Shown: positions 62,949 through 64,000 of the stretch, one piece after another
Numbering within the stretch: position 1 is the first letter of the stretch
Layout of the letters: every line of letters starts with the position of its first letter
Source of the DNA: Ascidiella aspersa
Taxonomy: Eukaryota
Direction: 5' to 3'
DNA: 64,000 nt
Assembly: GCA_963924565.1 (NCBI GenBank)
Contig: OZ004608.1
Coordinates: 8,184,001 to 8,248,000, forward strand
The notes under the pieces: generated by a model
The model's database searches: none
What the model saw: the letters and a program-made list of their open reading frames with translations, nothing else
Told to the model about the DNA's origin: nothing
Position numbers and translations under genes: made by a program

Positions 62949-64000
62949 ATGACGCGGTTTACTGTATATTTCACAATCTTTCCCTAAACGGGAACTGCTA
63001 TGAAATAACAGGTCATCCAATGAAAAACCATTATATCAACACCTGTACAACCACTTACAACTATAAACTTACACTTGCAAAGCCACAAAAGCGGCCCTAT
63101 ACTCAGTGAATCATAGTAAGGGCGTTCGAAAATACGTTTATGCAAATCCGCTGCCGATAACGGAAACGCGGACCGCCAGGCGCAGGTCGCACAGACAAGT
63201 TGCAGCACTTTACTGTCGAAACAAGAAGACGACGTCCCTTAACAAAACATGTAAGGTGGCGTCTATACTGGGTAACTCAGAACCACGGACTGTGTTTGGA
63301 ACAGGCGTAGGGTGTCATTCACCGATTAGTTTAGGTGTTCGGCATGTAGCCACCAGTGTACAATATGGTACGTTTCAAGAGACAACTTTTTTCCATGACA
63401 AAGTACTTTTATTTTAAATGATTAAGTGTAAGGAAAGGAGTCGTTTTTACGTTTTATCACATCACGACTACTTTAAATTCTCTAGCATGCGGGTATTGAA
63501 TAAAATTAACGATTGTTTAGTTCATATTTAATTATTTAAATTATCTAGCTAAACAAATCCGAAACCTCTTTTAGGTTAAGAAACGAGTGTGCCCAAACTT
63601 CTAAAATGCCTATTTGGTATGAGCTTTTCAAAAAACGAGAGTGCCTAAAACTTAAATGGCTGTTTGAAAAAACTTCTAAACTCATTATTAAATATGTGCT
63701 TTTAAAAAAATTGTGTCGTTAGCTAAGTACAGTGTTGGAAACCTCATATCTCCCTATTTGTTGCTGTAAAGAATTGGGGAATAAAATCGGCACAACACGA
63801 ACTGGTAACTATTACAAAATTTCTGAATTGCAGTTCGATTTTTCGTTCGTTTACGTCTATTCAACAAAATCACGCTTGTGTAGCCAAAATTGGGTATATT
63901 GAAAGCCGATTACGCTACATCAAACTGCGCAAAACGAGCTATAATTTAACAAACATGAACTTGAGCAAAACGAACAATACTTTGGGATACTGCACATGCG

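Overview
AT-rich, intron-containing animal genomic DNA. An ascidian/tunicate origin is my inference from gene compactness and repeat style; it is not proven. Content in order: (1) the last six coding exons of a cationic amino acid transporter (SLC7A1-4/CAT family, + strand, 2144-14316), including a GC-AG intron that holds an exon-deleted duplication; (2) a head-to-tail cluster of four tetraspanin genes on the - strand (20851-53220), each with five coding exons and only phase-0 introns, the last two being a recent ~6.4-kb tandem duplicate whose downstream copy lacks its own promoter region; (3) an intact 7-coding-exon gene (~718 aa; C2H2 zinc fingers plus a SAMD3-like C-terminus) nested on the SAME strand inside intron 2 of the most 5' tetraspanin; (4) a two-exon Rab22/Rab31-like GTPase (- strand, 55604-60568). 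Introns and intergenic DNA carry many hAT-type MITEs with 8-bp TSDs, a foldback hairpin and local duplications. Exon structures were derived by hand from splice sites and reading-frame continuity; no database searches were run.
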